DNA of 64,000 nucleotides from a virus (IMGVR_UViG_3300037348_000049:65572-129571); one strand, 5' to 3'; shown: positions 31,850-41,989, counted from the stretch's first letter. Numbers and translations: made by a program. Notes: generated by a model from the letters alone, not told the origin.

Positions 31850-32155
31850 ATGGCAGTTCAATACAAGTGGGTCGACAATGTTCGAACCTTTTTCGGAATG
31901 ACAATTACAGACTCAACAGCACGAGCTATCCTCGCTGAGGCCGAAGCTCAAGCCGAAGCAAAGCAAGCCGAATTGGATAAGGCTTCATCGGCTGCAAAGA
32001 CTGCAAAGGCTGCAAAGCTTAAGAAGGTTGCTTTCAAGGCGGATGCTACAGATGGCGATGATGATGGTTTGGTACAGGATGGAACTATCCATGAGCGTAA
32101 GACTGCTCCGGCCAAGAAACCAGCAGCTAAGAGAGCAGCTCCTAAAAAGAAGTAA
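31850..32155 (+). CDS. Lys/Ala-rich protein with DGDDDG motif
   Basis: AKTAKAAK and PAKKPAAKRAAPKKK tail. Confidence 0.6.
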   Translation: MAVQYKWVDNVRTFFGMTITDSTARAILAEAEAQAEAKQAELDKASSAAKTAKAAKLKKVAFKADATDGDDDGLVQDGTIHERKTAPAKKPAAKRAAPKKK

Positions 32156-32252
32156 CTAAGATTCCAGCGCAAACGGGAGAGTTTGCGTATGGACTAAAAA
32201 AGTCGCCCTTCCGTGTTAAAGTGGAGGGGCGACTTACTTTTTAGGAGACTCT

Positions 32253-32504
32253 GTGCCAGAGAACATCGTTAAGATCTCAATCGTTGCAGGGGAGCTAGGA
32301 GTAACAGCTAAGACTGTTTACAACTGGGTCAGCTGGGGTAAGCTCATTATGCAAGTCCCTGGGTATGTGAACTACATCGATGCCTGGCAGGCATACCTCC
32401 AACAAAAGCAGGACAAGTCAATTTTTGCATCCACTATGGCACGTCATGGTATCACCAGAGACGCGAGTGGACGATTCTCTGCTCGCTCTAAACAAGGGGA
32501 GTAA
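32253..32504 (+). CDS. Excisionase/MerR-like HTH protein
   Basis: VAGELGVTAKTVYNWVSWGKL. Confidence 0.7.
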   Translation: MPENIVKISIVAGELGVTAKTVYNWVSWGKLIMQVPGYVNYIDAWQAYLQQKQDKSIFASTMARHGITRDASGRFSARSKQGE

Positions 32505-32698
32505 AGTGGAGCAAAGTGGAATGTTGTTAATAAAAGGAGCAAACCCCTTCGTTCTCCCTCTCTCCACGCAAAAATTCGTCCGAGAACTAATCAACAACTT
32601 TTCATGAGTGTACACTTGTTCATTAGGTGGCCCGGGATCAAGTCCTCTCCCCAGTATCTCGGGTCACCCTTAAAACAACTTGACATTACGAGGACGGC

Positions 32699-33625
32699 GT
32701 GGTAGAATCTAATCCCAGCTCCATCGAGCCATACCAGATAGAAGACCCTATCTCAATAAGGGCCGATCTATCAGAGCTCGGTATTGAAGAACTAGACAAG
32801 GGCGTTTGCGAAGACTCCTTTGACAACCGCAAGATCCTCCGCAAATCCAAACTTATCTGGGAACCTGTCTACTCAAACGCAGGTACCGCAACCGGCCTGA
32901 TAAAAGTACGTTCCGCTGAATCAACTCGCGAGCGCCGGATTCAATCCCTTGCTGAAAAGCGTCCAATACTTGTTACTACCTCAGACAACAATTCAGATTA
33001 CCTAACCGGCCTGGATCTTTTGGCCGAGGAAGCTTCCGACTGGCTAGCCCCTCCTTGGGTTGTTCACGCAACTCGCCTCTACTTAAAAGAACAAGAGGAC
33101 GGCGGCCCGAAGTCCGAAAAGCGCGCACCTCTTGCACAACCGCATCGCTGTCGACACATCAAAGATGACGGTATCCGTTGCATGCTTTGGGGGTCAGGAA
33201 GAATTAAGGACGACGGATTATGTCGCGTGCACCTGAGGTCCTTGTCTCGCAAAACATCTGATGACATCGAACGGGCCCGTGAAAAGTTAACCCAGGCTGC
33301 ACCGTATGCTGTTGACAAACTTGAAGAACTTATGATGACCGCTGAATCTGAACCGGTCCAACTTAAAGCTGCAACCGAGATCCTCGACCGAGCTGGGGTT
33401 AGGGGCGGCGTGGAAATCGAAACCACCCTTAACATTGATCTACGTCCAGCGGCTGATGTCATCCAAGAACGGTTGGCCCGTTTAACAAGCGGCGCGCTTT
33501 CCGAATCGCTGCGTCTAGCAAACCAGGGAACGGACATCATTGATGCAGAAGTTGTTGAAGAGCCAAAGAAAGAAGAAGAAGAAGAGCGGACTGCAGCAAC
33601 TATTAACGCGACGGAAGAGAAGTAA
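32699..33625 (+). CDS. Putative terminase small subunit-like protein
   Basis: C.H......C.......C.VH zinc finger, then RAREKL..AAP.AV..L..L...AESE.VQLKAATEILDRAG helical motif; start uncertain. Confidence 0.5.
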   Translation: MVESNPSSIEPYQIEDPISIRADLSELGIEELDKGVCEDSFDNRKILRKSKLIWEPVYSNAGTATGLIKVRSAESTRERRIQSLAEKRPILVTTSDNNSDYLTGLDLLAEEASDWLAPPWVVHATRLYLKEQEDGGPKSEKRAPLAQPHRCRHIKDDGIRCMLWGSGRIKDDGLCRVHLRSLSRKTSDDIERAREKLTQAAPYAVDKLEELMMTAESEPVQLKAATEILDRAGVRGGVEIETTLNIDLRPAADVIQERLARLTSGALSESLRLANQGTDIIDAEVVEEPKKEEEEERTAATINATEEK

Positions 33626-33628
33626 CGG

Positions 33629-33943
33629 ATGACCGACGGTAGAACCTTCACTGAATTAATCAAGACGGCGCGCGATCATTACGAGAGCATAAGATCTGAC
33701 GTCTCAAATGCTAAAGACCGTGTCGAGCACATTCGCTTAAGCTCCTTAGCCCAAGAGGCACAGAACTTGGTAACGGACCTGACTACCTTTGAGATAGGTC
33801 TTGTCTACTCACATACCAATAACACCGATGCGTATATTGAAGAGCGCATTGCTGCAGCAAACAATGAACTAACCGTTAACGAAGAAACCGGCGAGATTCT
33901 GGATCTACCAGAGTTTAAGTCTCCATACAATCCCCGCACCTGA
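33629..33943 (+). CDS. Hypothetical protein
   Basis: Coupled ORF. Confidence 0.6.
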   Translation: MTDGRTFTELIKTARDHYESIRSDVSNAKDRVEHIRLSSLAQEAQNLVTDLTTFEIGLVYSHTNNTDAYIEERIAAANNELTVNEETGEILDLPEFKSPYNPRT

Positions 33944-33955
33944 TATGATTACTAG

Positions 33956-34819
33956 GTGCGTTTACTAAAGAAATCTCAGACCGCGTCTGCAGCCAAGGAA
34001 CTTTTCCTGCAGACCGCGTTGTCTTACCTCGGGTACCAGCCCGAACTACTCGGCCGCAATAAGTTTGGACAGAAGGTCGGATATGATTCTGTCCCGTGGT
34101 CCGGAGCATTTGTTGACGTCTGTGCACGGGAGGCGGGGATCCCTAACTTTGCATCATTCGTAAACACCGCGGCCGGCCTGGGAGAATCTCTTCGAAACGG
34201 CCAGGACTTTCGGGTACCTGAGGTTGGGGACATAGTCGTGTTCAACTTCTCATCAAACGTTGGCTTCGCGGCGAGCCCTTTCTCAATGATGCATTGCGGG
34301 ATAGTGACCGACGTACGTGAGTTTGAGAATTCAGGTAGGTTCGTTACTGTTGAAGCAAACACTGAAGGATCTTCAGCTGCAACAAAGAGAGACGGCGTGC
34401 ATCAGAAAGTTCGTCACATGACGGACGTCTTAACTTTCTGTAGGCCCAGGTTCAGACCGGACCGTCTAACTTTTAACGGATGGTTGATGAAAACCTTCGA
34501 CGCGGCCCGTACCACTTTCACCAGGGAGGAGACCGATCTGATCGAAAGAGAAGTACTGGTTCCCAAGATCCTTAAGTTAAACGGAGAGATAAGATACGGG
34601 GATCGCAATAAGCGCGTCGAGATTATTCAACTAGCGCTAGCAATGGTGACCGACCTACGATCAGCAGAACCTGGTAGATGGGACCCAGCAACAGCAGCTG
34701 CGTGCAGTAGGTTTCAACGGAACATTGGACGAACCGGATATGGAGTGACCGGCCTGCCGGATCTCAATATGCTTAAGCGCTTATCACATGACACGGGAGT
34801 GTTTATACTTGAGTCATAG
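33956..34819 (+). CDS. CHAP-like amidase domain + peptidoglycan-binding domain (Ser at the catalytic-Cys position)
   Basis: PWSGAFV, GDIVVFNF, HCGIV, TVEANT; C-terminal IQLAL...G.WD.AT.AAC..FQ PG-binding. Confidence 0.7.
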   Translation: MRLLKKSQTASAAKELFLQTALSYLGYQPELLGRNKFGQKVGYDSVPWSGAFVDVCAREAGIPNFASFVNTAAGLGESLRNGQDFRVPEVGDIVVFNFSSNVGFAASPFSMMHCGIVTDVREFENSGRFVTVEANTEGSSAATKRDGVHQKVRHMTDVLTFCRPRFRPDRLTFNGWLMKTFDAARTTFTREETDLIEREVLVPKILKLNGEIRYGDRNKRVEIIQLALAMVTDLRSAEPGRWDPATAAACSRFQRNIGRTGYGVTGLPDLNMLKRLSHDTGVFILES

Positions 34820-34860
34820 ACTCTAGGAAACGAGACCACACATGGCCACAAAATTGCCCG

Positions 34861-35208
34861 TTGAGCGTCAAGATTACTGCCCGTACTGCGGATGGATACG
34901 CTTGGAAGATCAAGGTAATAACTCTTACCCACGCTGCTCACGGCAAGGTTGTCCAGGTGCGCACAGCAAAAAGAAAGGTAAGCCCGTCATTGAGAAGTAG
35001 CGAAGACATGTTCCTAGGAACAGTGGCCGCCAGGGATGGTTATACTTTTAACGAGGCAGCTGATGTTATAGATCTGGTAGTCCACACCAAGTCACCAGAG
35101 AAGTGGCTATTGATAGATCGAGAGACCGGCCAGACTTACCAAGGAAGCCTCTCTGGCAATTGGGATAAGATGGACCCACGAAAGAACGATAGGATGAAAG
35201 AACTATGA
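34861..35208 (+). CDS. Hypothetical protein
   Basis: ORF in co-directional run. Confidence 0.5.
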   Translation: MSVKITARTADGYAWKIKVITLTHAAHGKVVQVRTAKRKVSPSLRSSEDMFLGTVAARDGYTFNEAADVIDLVVHTKSPEKWLLIDRETGQTYQGSLSGNWDKMDPRKNDRMKEL

Positions 35209-35465
35209 AACATTACACATTTCTCAGCGGGCACGTAGACCTAGAGCGAGAGCAATTCTTAACTGTTTCGCTTTATGCAGAGTCTGCTGATGCAGCAAAA
35301 CTAACTTTGATTCAAGTTCTCATGAGTCCCGAGATCACTGACGAGGGTCCTACAGGCATGACCTTTGAGCTTGTTTCATCGCGTGAGCTCGAGGAAGACG
35401 AAAAAGTTGTTCGTTCAATCCATGGCATTGCTCCGAACGGCCACACTTGGGACCAAAGCTACTAA
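35205..35465 (+). CDS. Hypothetical protein
   Basis: 4-nt overlap with upstream ORF. Confidence 0.55.
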   Translation: MKHYTFLSGHVDLEREQFLTVSLYAESADAAKLTLIQVLMSPEITDEGPTGMTFELVSSRELEEDEKVVRSIHGIAPNGHTWDQSY

Positions 35466-35543
35466 GCGGCGAGCGCCGGTTTAATCTTCGACTAATAATT
35501 AAGTAGAGATTTTACGCCTTCTTGTGCTAGACTTTGTAAAATA

Positions 35544-35798
35544 ATGATGATGTCTCAGCAGCACTTAATAGAGATCCTCCAGGCCGATATCGAGGCACGG
35601 GGAGATCAGATGCTCTCCATTTGGATCTGGGATCGAAAAGCATTCAACGCAACACACGGCTCGGATATGATCGAAACCCAATGGACGGCCGGCCTGGTGA
35701 CAATAGATGACGTGACTCAACGTCTAATGGTTGGTGAAGATGCACGGGTACTCTACTCAGAAGCATTAGAGGAGTTGGGGTATGTCGAAGAAGAATGA
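35544..35798 (+). CDS. Hypothetical protein
   Basis: TGC-TAGACT extended -10 upstream. Confidence 0.55.
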   Translation: MMMSQQHLIEILQADIEARGDQMLSIWIWDRKAFNATHGSDMIETQWTAGLVTIDDVTQRLMVGEDARVLYSEALEELGYVEEE

Positions 35799-36522
35799 AC
35801 CGATCAAGGTTTACTGGTCGCCCACCGAGGTAGACGGGTTGAGGTGGAGCCTCTTGTATGAAGAGCCTGCTAACATACTTAAAGAAATCACGCCCCGCAA
35901 GAATCTAGATGTTAACTATGACAGCTACCTCTTCTGTCCTTCATATAAAGCAATTGCCAGTAATACTTTCTCCCTAATTGCACCGATGCGTTCTGAGTTT
36001 GTGTATCAAGAAAACTTTTCAGGCGAGCAGCCTTACTTAGAGTTCCCAGGCAGAAGCGGCTTGGGTGGGAGTATTAACAAGCAGCCAACTTTGAACGGCT
36101 CGCCTCTTATCAATGTCGCAATGAATTGGTTCTTCTTTTGCGAAGAGCCACTGGAGATGGAGATAACTCCTCCGTACTTGCACAAAACAGAAAGCAGCCA
36201 GTACGGCGCGATAGTTCCTGGGCGGGTTGACATCGGCCAGTGGTTTAGGTCCATGAACGTTGAGTTTCAATTGTGGGAAGACGAGACCGAGCTCAAGATA
36301 GAAGCTGGCCAGCCAATAGCCTACGTTCGATTTCTTACTGACCGCCCCGTAGAATTAGTTCGCTTTACGATGACGGAAAAGCTAGAAGAGTTAGCAATGG
36401 CCTGCATAACAATGCCATCGACTTTCGGATTGCTTAAAAGTCTGCAGGAACGCTACGATCGATTCAATAAAACTAAAACGGGCTCGCTTGTGATGAAGAA
36501 CATCCAAGAGAACTTGACCTAA
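35782..36522 (+). CDS. Conserved phage protein with dUTPase-like motifs (distant paralog 3)
   Basis: YLFCPSY, ITPPYLH, VPGRVDIGQWFR, AGQPIAYVRF. Confidence 0.5.
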   Translation: MSKKNEPIKVYWSPTEVDGLRWSLLYEEPANILKEITPRKNLDVNYDSYLFCPSYKAIASNTFSLIAPMRSEFVYQENFSGEQPYLEFPGRSGLGGSINKQPTLNGSPLINVAMNWFFFCEEPLEMEITPPYLHKTESSQYGAIVPGRVDIGQWFRSMNVEFQLWEDETELKIEAGQPIAYVRFLTDRPVELVRFTMTEKLEELAMACITMPSTFGLLKSLQERYDRFNKTKTGSLVMKNIQENLT

Positions 36523-36629
36523 TCATTGAGTCTCAGCAAAACCCTAAAACTTTTCACGGAGCGGCGTGCAGTTCTTGCGGCGAGCGCCGTCCAAATAACA
36601 CGGACGGCGTGCGCTGTAGAATTACTTCT

Positions 36630-36896
36630 ATGAGACACATAGAGCTGCACATAATCGAGACCGACTCCGATGTTGCGCTCGCTCTGTTCGCTGGGGTGTT
36701 GTCGACGGATCAGCTAGACATCACTGAGTGCGATGTGTGCGGAGAACCAATTGGACACTCAACCGAGACCGATAGCTTTGAGCAGTTTGTCGTCGTTCTT
36801 GAAGATGAGATCGAATACTCGATCTGCACTGATTGTGCCAGTCCGATAATTGAGACCGAAGAGTATGAGGATGACGACGAGCTAGATAGGTTCTAG
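36630..36896 (+). CDS. Acidic zinc-ribbon hypothetical protein
   Basis: CDVC and CTDC; TAGAAT -10 seven nt upstream. Confidence 0.65.
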   Translation: MRHIELHIIETDSDVALALFAGVLSTDQLDITECDVCGEPIGHSTETDSFEQFVVVLEDEIEYSICTDCASPIIETEEYEDDDELDRF

Positions 36897-36999
36897 TTCT
36901 GTATCCACTTTTTTACCAGTTTCAAATTATTTCCACAGATAGATTACTTTTTCCTTGCAAGTGTGCTACTATTGACTCAACACTAAAAAAGGAGAAAAG

Positions 37000-37293
37000 A
37001 TGACACAAAGGATTTACTGGTCAGACATTATTGAATGTGACGACCAACTGTTCGAGAACCTAGACACACTAATTGCGGTAGCAACTCAGACACCACAATG
37101 TTTCGGCTTTTGGAGTTCGGGTTCGGACTATGAAATGGTAAGCGTGGACACTAATGACGAAATGGAATTGGTAGTCACCTACACAGACATTGACAACTAT
37201 GACGACAATGGCGATGAGATTCGCAAAACTGTAGTTGAAAAACTCGACTACACCTATGGGAAAGAACTAGCAGTTCTAGTAGGGAGCGACTAA
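37000..37293 (+). CDS. Hypothetical cassette protein
   Basis: TGC-TACTAT extended -10, AAGGAG RBS. Confidence 0.7.
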   Translation: MTQRIYWSDIIECDDQLFENLDTLIAVATQTPQCFGFWSSGSDYEMVSVDTNDEMELVVTYTDIDNYDDNGDEIRKTVVEKLDYTYGKELAVLVGSD

Positions 37294-38057
37294 TGCCGAA
37301 CTGGGTATCGAACAGCGTTAGGGTTACAGGACTCGAAGCCGAGGTTCAGAGATTCATAGGGCAGGCAAAAGCTATGCCAAATACTTTTGTTGAGACAGAT
37401 GAGGACAAGTGGGATTCCGAACTCTCATTCGCCAACTTTATTGCGCCACCACAGGAAAGCATTGACTCGGGAGAATACCACGAAACTAAAGGCTGGGTTG
37501 AGGGCAAGGAGTCTGGCAGCTCAGAGAATAATTGGTATAACTTCAACAGCCGAGAGTGGAGCACCAAGTGGGACGCTGGCGAGGTTTTTCTAACAGCCGA
37601 AGCAGCAAGCGCCGACTTCGAATTTCACACAGCTTGGTCGCCACCAGAGCCAGTTTTCAGAGCTATGGTTGAGCAGTTTCCTGAGCTACAGTTCGCCATT
37701 TCATACGAGGAAGAGCAAGGCTGGGGTGGAGAGTTGGTCGGTGCAAAAGGCGAGCTGGCTATTGTCGAGGAATACGACATTCCAGATTCTCACGCCGACT
37801 ATGTTGAGCGTGACAGAGAAGATAGTTGCGCCTGTTCTTGGGCAGAGGATAAGGACGATTGGTATGACGATTGCCCGAACAAACGAGAAATCTTTGTTCA
37901 AGTTACAAAGGTGTATCGTCTCAGTTCGAGCGACGCAACAAACGCTAGAGCCGAATACTTAGAGATTGAAATGGGCGAAAAGAAATTGCCTGTTGAAGAA
38001 TCTGACTTGGGTTCGTTTGTTCTCGTAGACGAAGATGGTAAGCCTCTACAGGACTAA
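37293..38057 (+). CDS. DUF1281/YubB ferredoxin-like domain protein
   Basis: MPNWV.N...V.G, WY.F...W.TKWDA, F.TAWSPP.PVF......FP.L.F...YEE. Confidence 0.75.
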   Translation: MPNWVSNSVRVTGLEAEVQRFIGQAKAMPNTFVETDEDKWDSELSFANFIAPPQESIDSGEYHETKGWVEGKESGSSENNWYNFNSREWSTKWDAGEVFLTAEAASADFEFHTAWSPPEPVFRAMVEQFPELQFAISYEEEQGWGGELVGAKGELAIVEEYDIPDSHADYVERDREDSCACSWAEDKDDWYDDCPNKREIFVQVTKVYRLSSSDATNARAEYLEIEMGEKKLPVEESDLGSFVLVDEDGKPLQD

Positions 38058-38262
38058 TCACAGACCAACCTCTTACAAAGATTGACCTCACTTCGGTGGG
38101 GTTTTTCTTTTGTCTAAAAGCTGTATCCACTTTTTTACTAGGTTAGCGCCGTTACCAAACTGTTACCAAACTTTTCACGAAAGATTTGACATTACCTCTT
38201 TTTCGTGGTTTGATTCTCTTATCGCCAAAAGGTGAGAGACACGAAACGAAAGGGGAAGTCAA

Positions 38263-38901
38263 ATGACTTCATTATCAGCACCACTAGTAGCACCGAAAAT
38301 TATAGGCAAGGCAGTCTACCTAGAATTGGTAGTAAACCCTGCACTCACTCCTGACCAGCAGAGAACTGTTTGCGGTTGGCATGGGGCAGCAAGTAGCACG
38401 AAACAAATGATTATCTTTCCTCAGTATCAGGACGATACTGGCAAGATTATGCAGTCAGTTGTAATGACCAGAACTGTTTCAGAACACTCGCCTAGGGCGC
38501 AGTGGGATACCAGCTACACCAGAGGCTTCGCCAAGTTGGACGAACCAGAAATGGGAGTCGTTAGTGGACACCACTCCGACTACACAAATGTAGAGGACTA
38601 CTCAAAAGAGGAATTTGACGAGCTTCCAGTTCTTCAGCAAGTAGCGTCCAGACAGCGCACTTTGAGGCTAACCTTGAAGCGTGAATTACTCGGCACAGCT
38701 TATGGCGAAGTCATAAATGGTGAGCGTGAGGATTCCGTAGTCCAAGCTTGGGTAGTTCGTGACGATACTCCACTTGCCGTTGAGATTACCAACGAGGACA
38801 TGGCACTTTTGCATGACGAGAGCAAGACACCTCAAGCAGTTATTCGCCGAATAAATAAAGTTCGTGAATCAGTCTTGACATTTCCAACCAAACTGGCATA
38901 A
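38263..38901 (+). CDS. Hypothetical protein upstream of MoxR-VWA pair
   Basis: TTGACA promoter, AAAGGGG RBS. Confidence 0.7.
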   Translation: MTSLSAPLVAPKIIGKAVYLELVVNPALTPDQQRTVCGWHGAASSTKQMIIFPQYQDDTGKIMQSVVMTRTVSEHSPRAQWDTSYTRGFAKLDEPEMGVVSGHHSDYTNVEDYSKEEFDELPVLQQVASRQRTLRLTLKRELLGTAYGEVINGEREDSVVQAWVVRDDTPLAVEITNEDMALLHDESKTPQAVIRRINKVRESVLTFPTKLA

Positions 38902-38947
38902 TTAGACCAGACACAAAACGACACGAAAACTAAAGGGAGACACGAAA

Positions 38948-40024
38948 ATGTATCTAAAAAAGAGTATTTATCTAGCACCAGCACCAACGCTCAATAGCGC
39001 CTTGGACTTTGACTTCGAGAAGCTTTTGACAGAGCTATCGTCCACAGTAGCACTACCAACTTTGGGCGTGACTACCTCGGTTCTTGACAGCCTAATGCGA
39101 CCAGAGGGCAGGGCAACACTTCGCTCGAAGGCAGGGGCAAGAGCAGTCAAGCCACTTGGGATAGACTTGGGAGCAGAAACCCCAAGCCTTGCAGAGACAG
39201 TTGAGACAATGGAAACCACAGATTCGCTCGAAGGCTCGGAGAGTTATCCTCGACCAAATGGTGAGGACTACTATGCTCGACCTTGGGGCGACCACACAGA
39301 TGTCGAGGTCCTGAGAAAAGCCAGAGCCGAAGGTCATGCCATTCTACTTTATGGAGTCCCAGGAACAGGCAAGACAGCTTTAGTTGAAGCTGCTTTTCCA
39401 GAGGAACTTTATACCATTCTTGGCTCAGGCGATACTGAGGTTGCCGATTTGGTCGGTGGCTATGTCCAGACTCAGAGCGGTGGCTTCGAGTGGGTGGACG
39501 GAGTTTTGACCAGAGCTGCTTCTGAGGGCAAGGCACTTCTGATTGACGAAATTGGGTTGATTGACCCGAAGGTAATGTCAGTTGTCTATGGGCTAATGGA
39601 CGGAAGGCGTGAGCTAGTCGTAACTCAGAATCCAGAGCGTGGCACTATCAAGGCTAAAGAGGGCTTCTATGTCGTTTCAGCCACGAATCCGAATGTCGCA
39701 GGTGTTCGGTTGAGCGAGGCGCTTCTATCGAGGTTCGCTATTCACGCCGAAATGACCACAGATTGGGCGCTTGCTAAAAAGCTTGGCGTTCCCCAGAGTG
39801 CCGTAGTTGCTTCTCAGAATCTATCCAAAAAGGTAGAGAATGGTGAGACCTCATGGTCGCCACAATTCCGAGAGCTTCTAGCTTTCCGAGACTTGGCAAA
39901 GAGCTTTGGAACTAAGTGGGCAGTTCAGAATCTACTTGCCAGCGCACCAGAAATTGACAGACCAGTTGCCTCAGATGTATTTGGTCGAGTATTCGGCGAA
40001 GCGATAATGCCAGCCAAGATTTAG
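38948..40024 (+). CDS. MoxR/CbbQ-NorQ-like AAA+ ATPase
   Basis: GVPGTGKT Walker A, LLIDEI Walker B, ATNP, SEALLSRF arginine finger. Confidence 0.9.
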   Translation: MYLKKSIYLAPAPTLNSALDFDFEKLLTELSSTVALPTLGVTTSVLDSLMRPEGRATLRSKAGARAVKPLGIDLGAETPSLAETVETMETTDSLEGSESYPRPNGEDYYARPWGDHTDVEVLRKARAEGHAILLYGVPGTGKTALVEAAFPEELYTILGSGDTEVADLVGGYVQTQSGGFEWVDGVLTRAASEGKALLIDEIGLIDPKVMSVVYGLMDGRRELVVTQNPERGTIKAKEGFYVVSATNPNVAGVRLSEALLSRFAIHAEMTTDWALAKKLGVPQSAVVASQNLSKKVENGETSWSPQFRELLAFRDLAKSFGTKWAVQNLLASAPEIDRPVASDVFGRVFGEAIMPAKI

Positions 40025-40153
40025 TTGAGTATTCGTGTCCTCGACTAATGGGGAGTGTCAGGAAAGTTTTTCTGAAATGGACTTGACACTCCTACCCATT
40101 AGGGTGCATAATTAGACACAAGATAGAAACACCAGACAAAAGGGAGATTCAAA

Positions 40154-41989
40154 ATGGCACACTACAAAGTAAAGGGTTCAAGGCTTACAAGTCGAGAGAC
40201 AACAGCTAGTCCAGAGTGGCTAAAAGTTGGAAGCCAGATAAGCAAATTTGTCAATGACCTCGCACTTCGAGGCGACCTAGTTGTATTCGTGGGTGGTGAC
40301 GAAGTTGCCGAGGGCGAAGCAGTTGCGGCTTACTACGCCGACATAGCCGAGATTGAGATAAACGCTTCAAAGGCGTTCGGTGAAATTACCAAGCCAGAGT
40401 TCGTTGGAGATTTCAATGAGCGCACAGTCCAGTATGAGTTCCCAATGGCAACTGGAATCATTTTCCACGAAGCACTCCACGCCAAGCACACAGCTTGGGA
40501 CACAAACTACTTGCAGACTCAGCTAGACAACCAAGAAGGTCAAGCTTTCATGTTGCTAGAAGAATCCAGAATCGAAGCCAAGGGCGTTCTTGAGCGACCA
40601 CTAAACAGAGAATTCCTCAGAGCCTCAGCTATTGAAATGGCGCTCGAAGGCGTGGACGAAAAGCAACTGGCAACTCTCGGTAGCGACCTATGGGTCGTTG
40701 CGAATCTTGCAGGGCTATCGCTTGCTCGGTATGACGCCAGAGTTTTGGACAGGTCAGATGTCATAGACATTTACAAGATTGTTGTTTCCATTCTCGGTGA
40801 AAAGCTCTATGAAGATTTGCGCCTAGTTTGGGTTGCGTTCCAAAAGCTCACAGTTCCACAGGTCGAAGAAGCTATTACGCTCTCCAAGAAGTGGGTCGAG
40901 CTATTGCGTGAGGCAGACCCCGAAGGTGAGCCACAGGGAACAGGCTCAGCTTTTGAGTCAAGCGAAGGCGAAGGCGAAGGCGAAGGCAAGTCTCCAAGTG
41001 AAGGCGTTCAAAAGTTGCTCGATAAAATGAGCGACCAAGGAATGACCACAGAGCTTTCAGCTAACGACAAGTTGGCAGACCAAGAGACTCAAGAGAAGTG
41101 GCAGGACGAAGCCAAGGCTCGCCAAGAGGAATCCAAGTCCAAGAATCAGAAACAGGACACAGCTCGAAAAATCTTTGACAAGAGCCATAATGCAACTGGC
41201 TCAAACTCAAACTCGACAGTCAGCGAGCGCCGAGCGCCAACTGGCGGTGAGCGAGCCAGCGCAGTCAAGGTGGCGCAGATGTTAGACAAGGCAAAGTATC
41301 GTGAGCGTTCGGTTCATGTTCGCAAGACTCAAGCGCCACAGGGTCGCCTGATTGCTCGTAATGCCGTCCAGAATAAGGCAAGCGAAGCTATGGGTCGCCG
41401 AGGCGAACTACCAGCTTGGAAGTCGAAGTCTCGCAAGCACACAGACGACCCGACACTACGCCTCGGTATCATGGTGGACATTTCAGGGTCAATGGGTTCT
41501 GCTATGCAAGCTATGGCGACCACAGCGTGGGTCATGGGCGAGGCAGGTCGCCGAATCCAAGCCGAGACAGCTATGGTTTACTACGGCTCGGGTGTATTCC
41601 CTACTCTCCGCAGAGGTCAGAGGCTAGACGAAGTTTCTGTCTACACCGCACCAGACGGAACTGAAAAGTTCGGCGAAGCTTGGAGCGCACTAGACGGCGA
41701 ACTCGGACTGACTTTTGGAACAGGCGTGAGAATGGTTGTCAATGTATCGGACGGACAATACACACCTCAAGAGCGTGAGAGAGCTTTGGCTATGCTCACC
41801 GAGTGCAAGCAAAACGGCGTGGCAGTTCTTTGGATTACTCCAAGAGATTGCTACGGCATGCCAGCGAGCAACCTTATCCGACAGGCGAACTGGGGCGTGC
41901 ATTTAGACCAGCTCGACACCGCTCAGATTGCGTTGCTAGTCGGCAAGTCGGCAAGCGAAGCTTTGGGGAAGGTTGGGGCAAGCGCCTGA
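40154..41989 (+). CDS. HEXXH metallopeptidase-like + VWA domain protein (MoxR partner)
   Basis: FHEALH, LEESRIE, acidic linker, DISGSM MIDAS, T..F, VSDG. Confidence 0.85.
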   Translation: MAHYKVKGSRLTSRETTASPEWLKVGSQISKFVNDLALRGDLVVFVGGDEVAEGEAVAAYYADIAEIEINASKAFGEITKPEFVGDFNERTVQYEFPMATGIIFHEALHAKHTAWDTNYLQTQLDNQEGQAFMLLEESRIEAKGVLERPLNREFLRASAIEMALEGVDEKQLATLGSDLWVVANLAGLSLARYDARVLDRSDVIDIYKIVVSILGEKLYEDLRLVWVAFQKLTVPQVEEAITLSKKWVELLREADPEGEPQGTGSAFESSEGEGEGEGKSPSEGVQKLLDKMSDQGMTTELSANDKLADQETQEKWQDEAKARQEESKSKNQKQDTARKIFDKSHNATGSNSNSTVSERRAPTGGERASAVKVAQMLDKAKYRERSVHVRKTQAPQGRLIARNAVQNKASEAMGRRGELPAWKSKSRKHTDDPTLRLGIMVDISGSMGSAMQAMATTAWVMGEAGRRIQAETAMVYYGSGVFPTLRRGQRLDEVSVYTAPDGTEKFGEAWSALDGELGLTFGTGVRMVVNVSDGQYTPQERERALAMLTECKQNGVAVLWITPRDCYGMPASNLIRQANWGVHLDQLDTAQIALLVGKSASEALGKVGASA

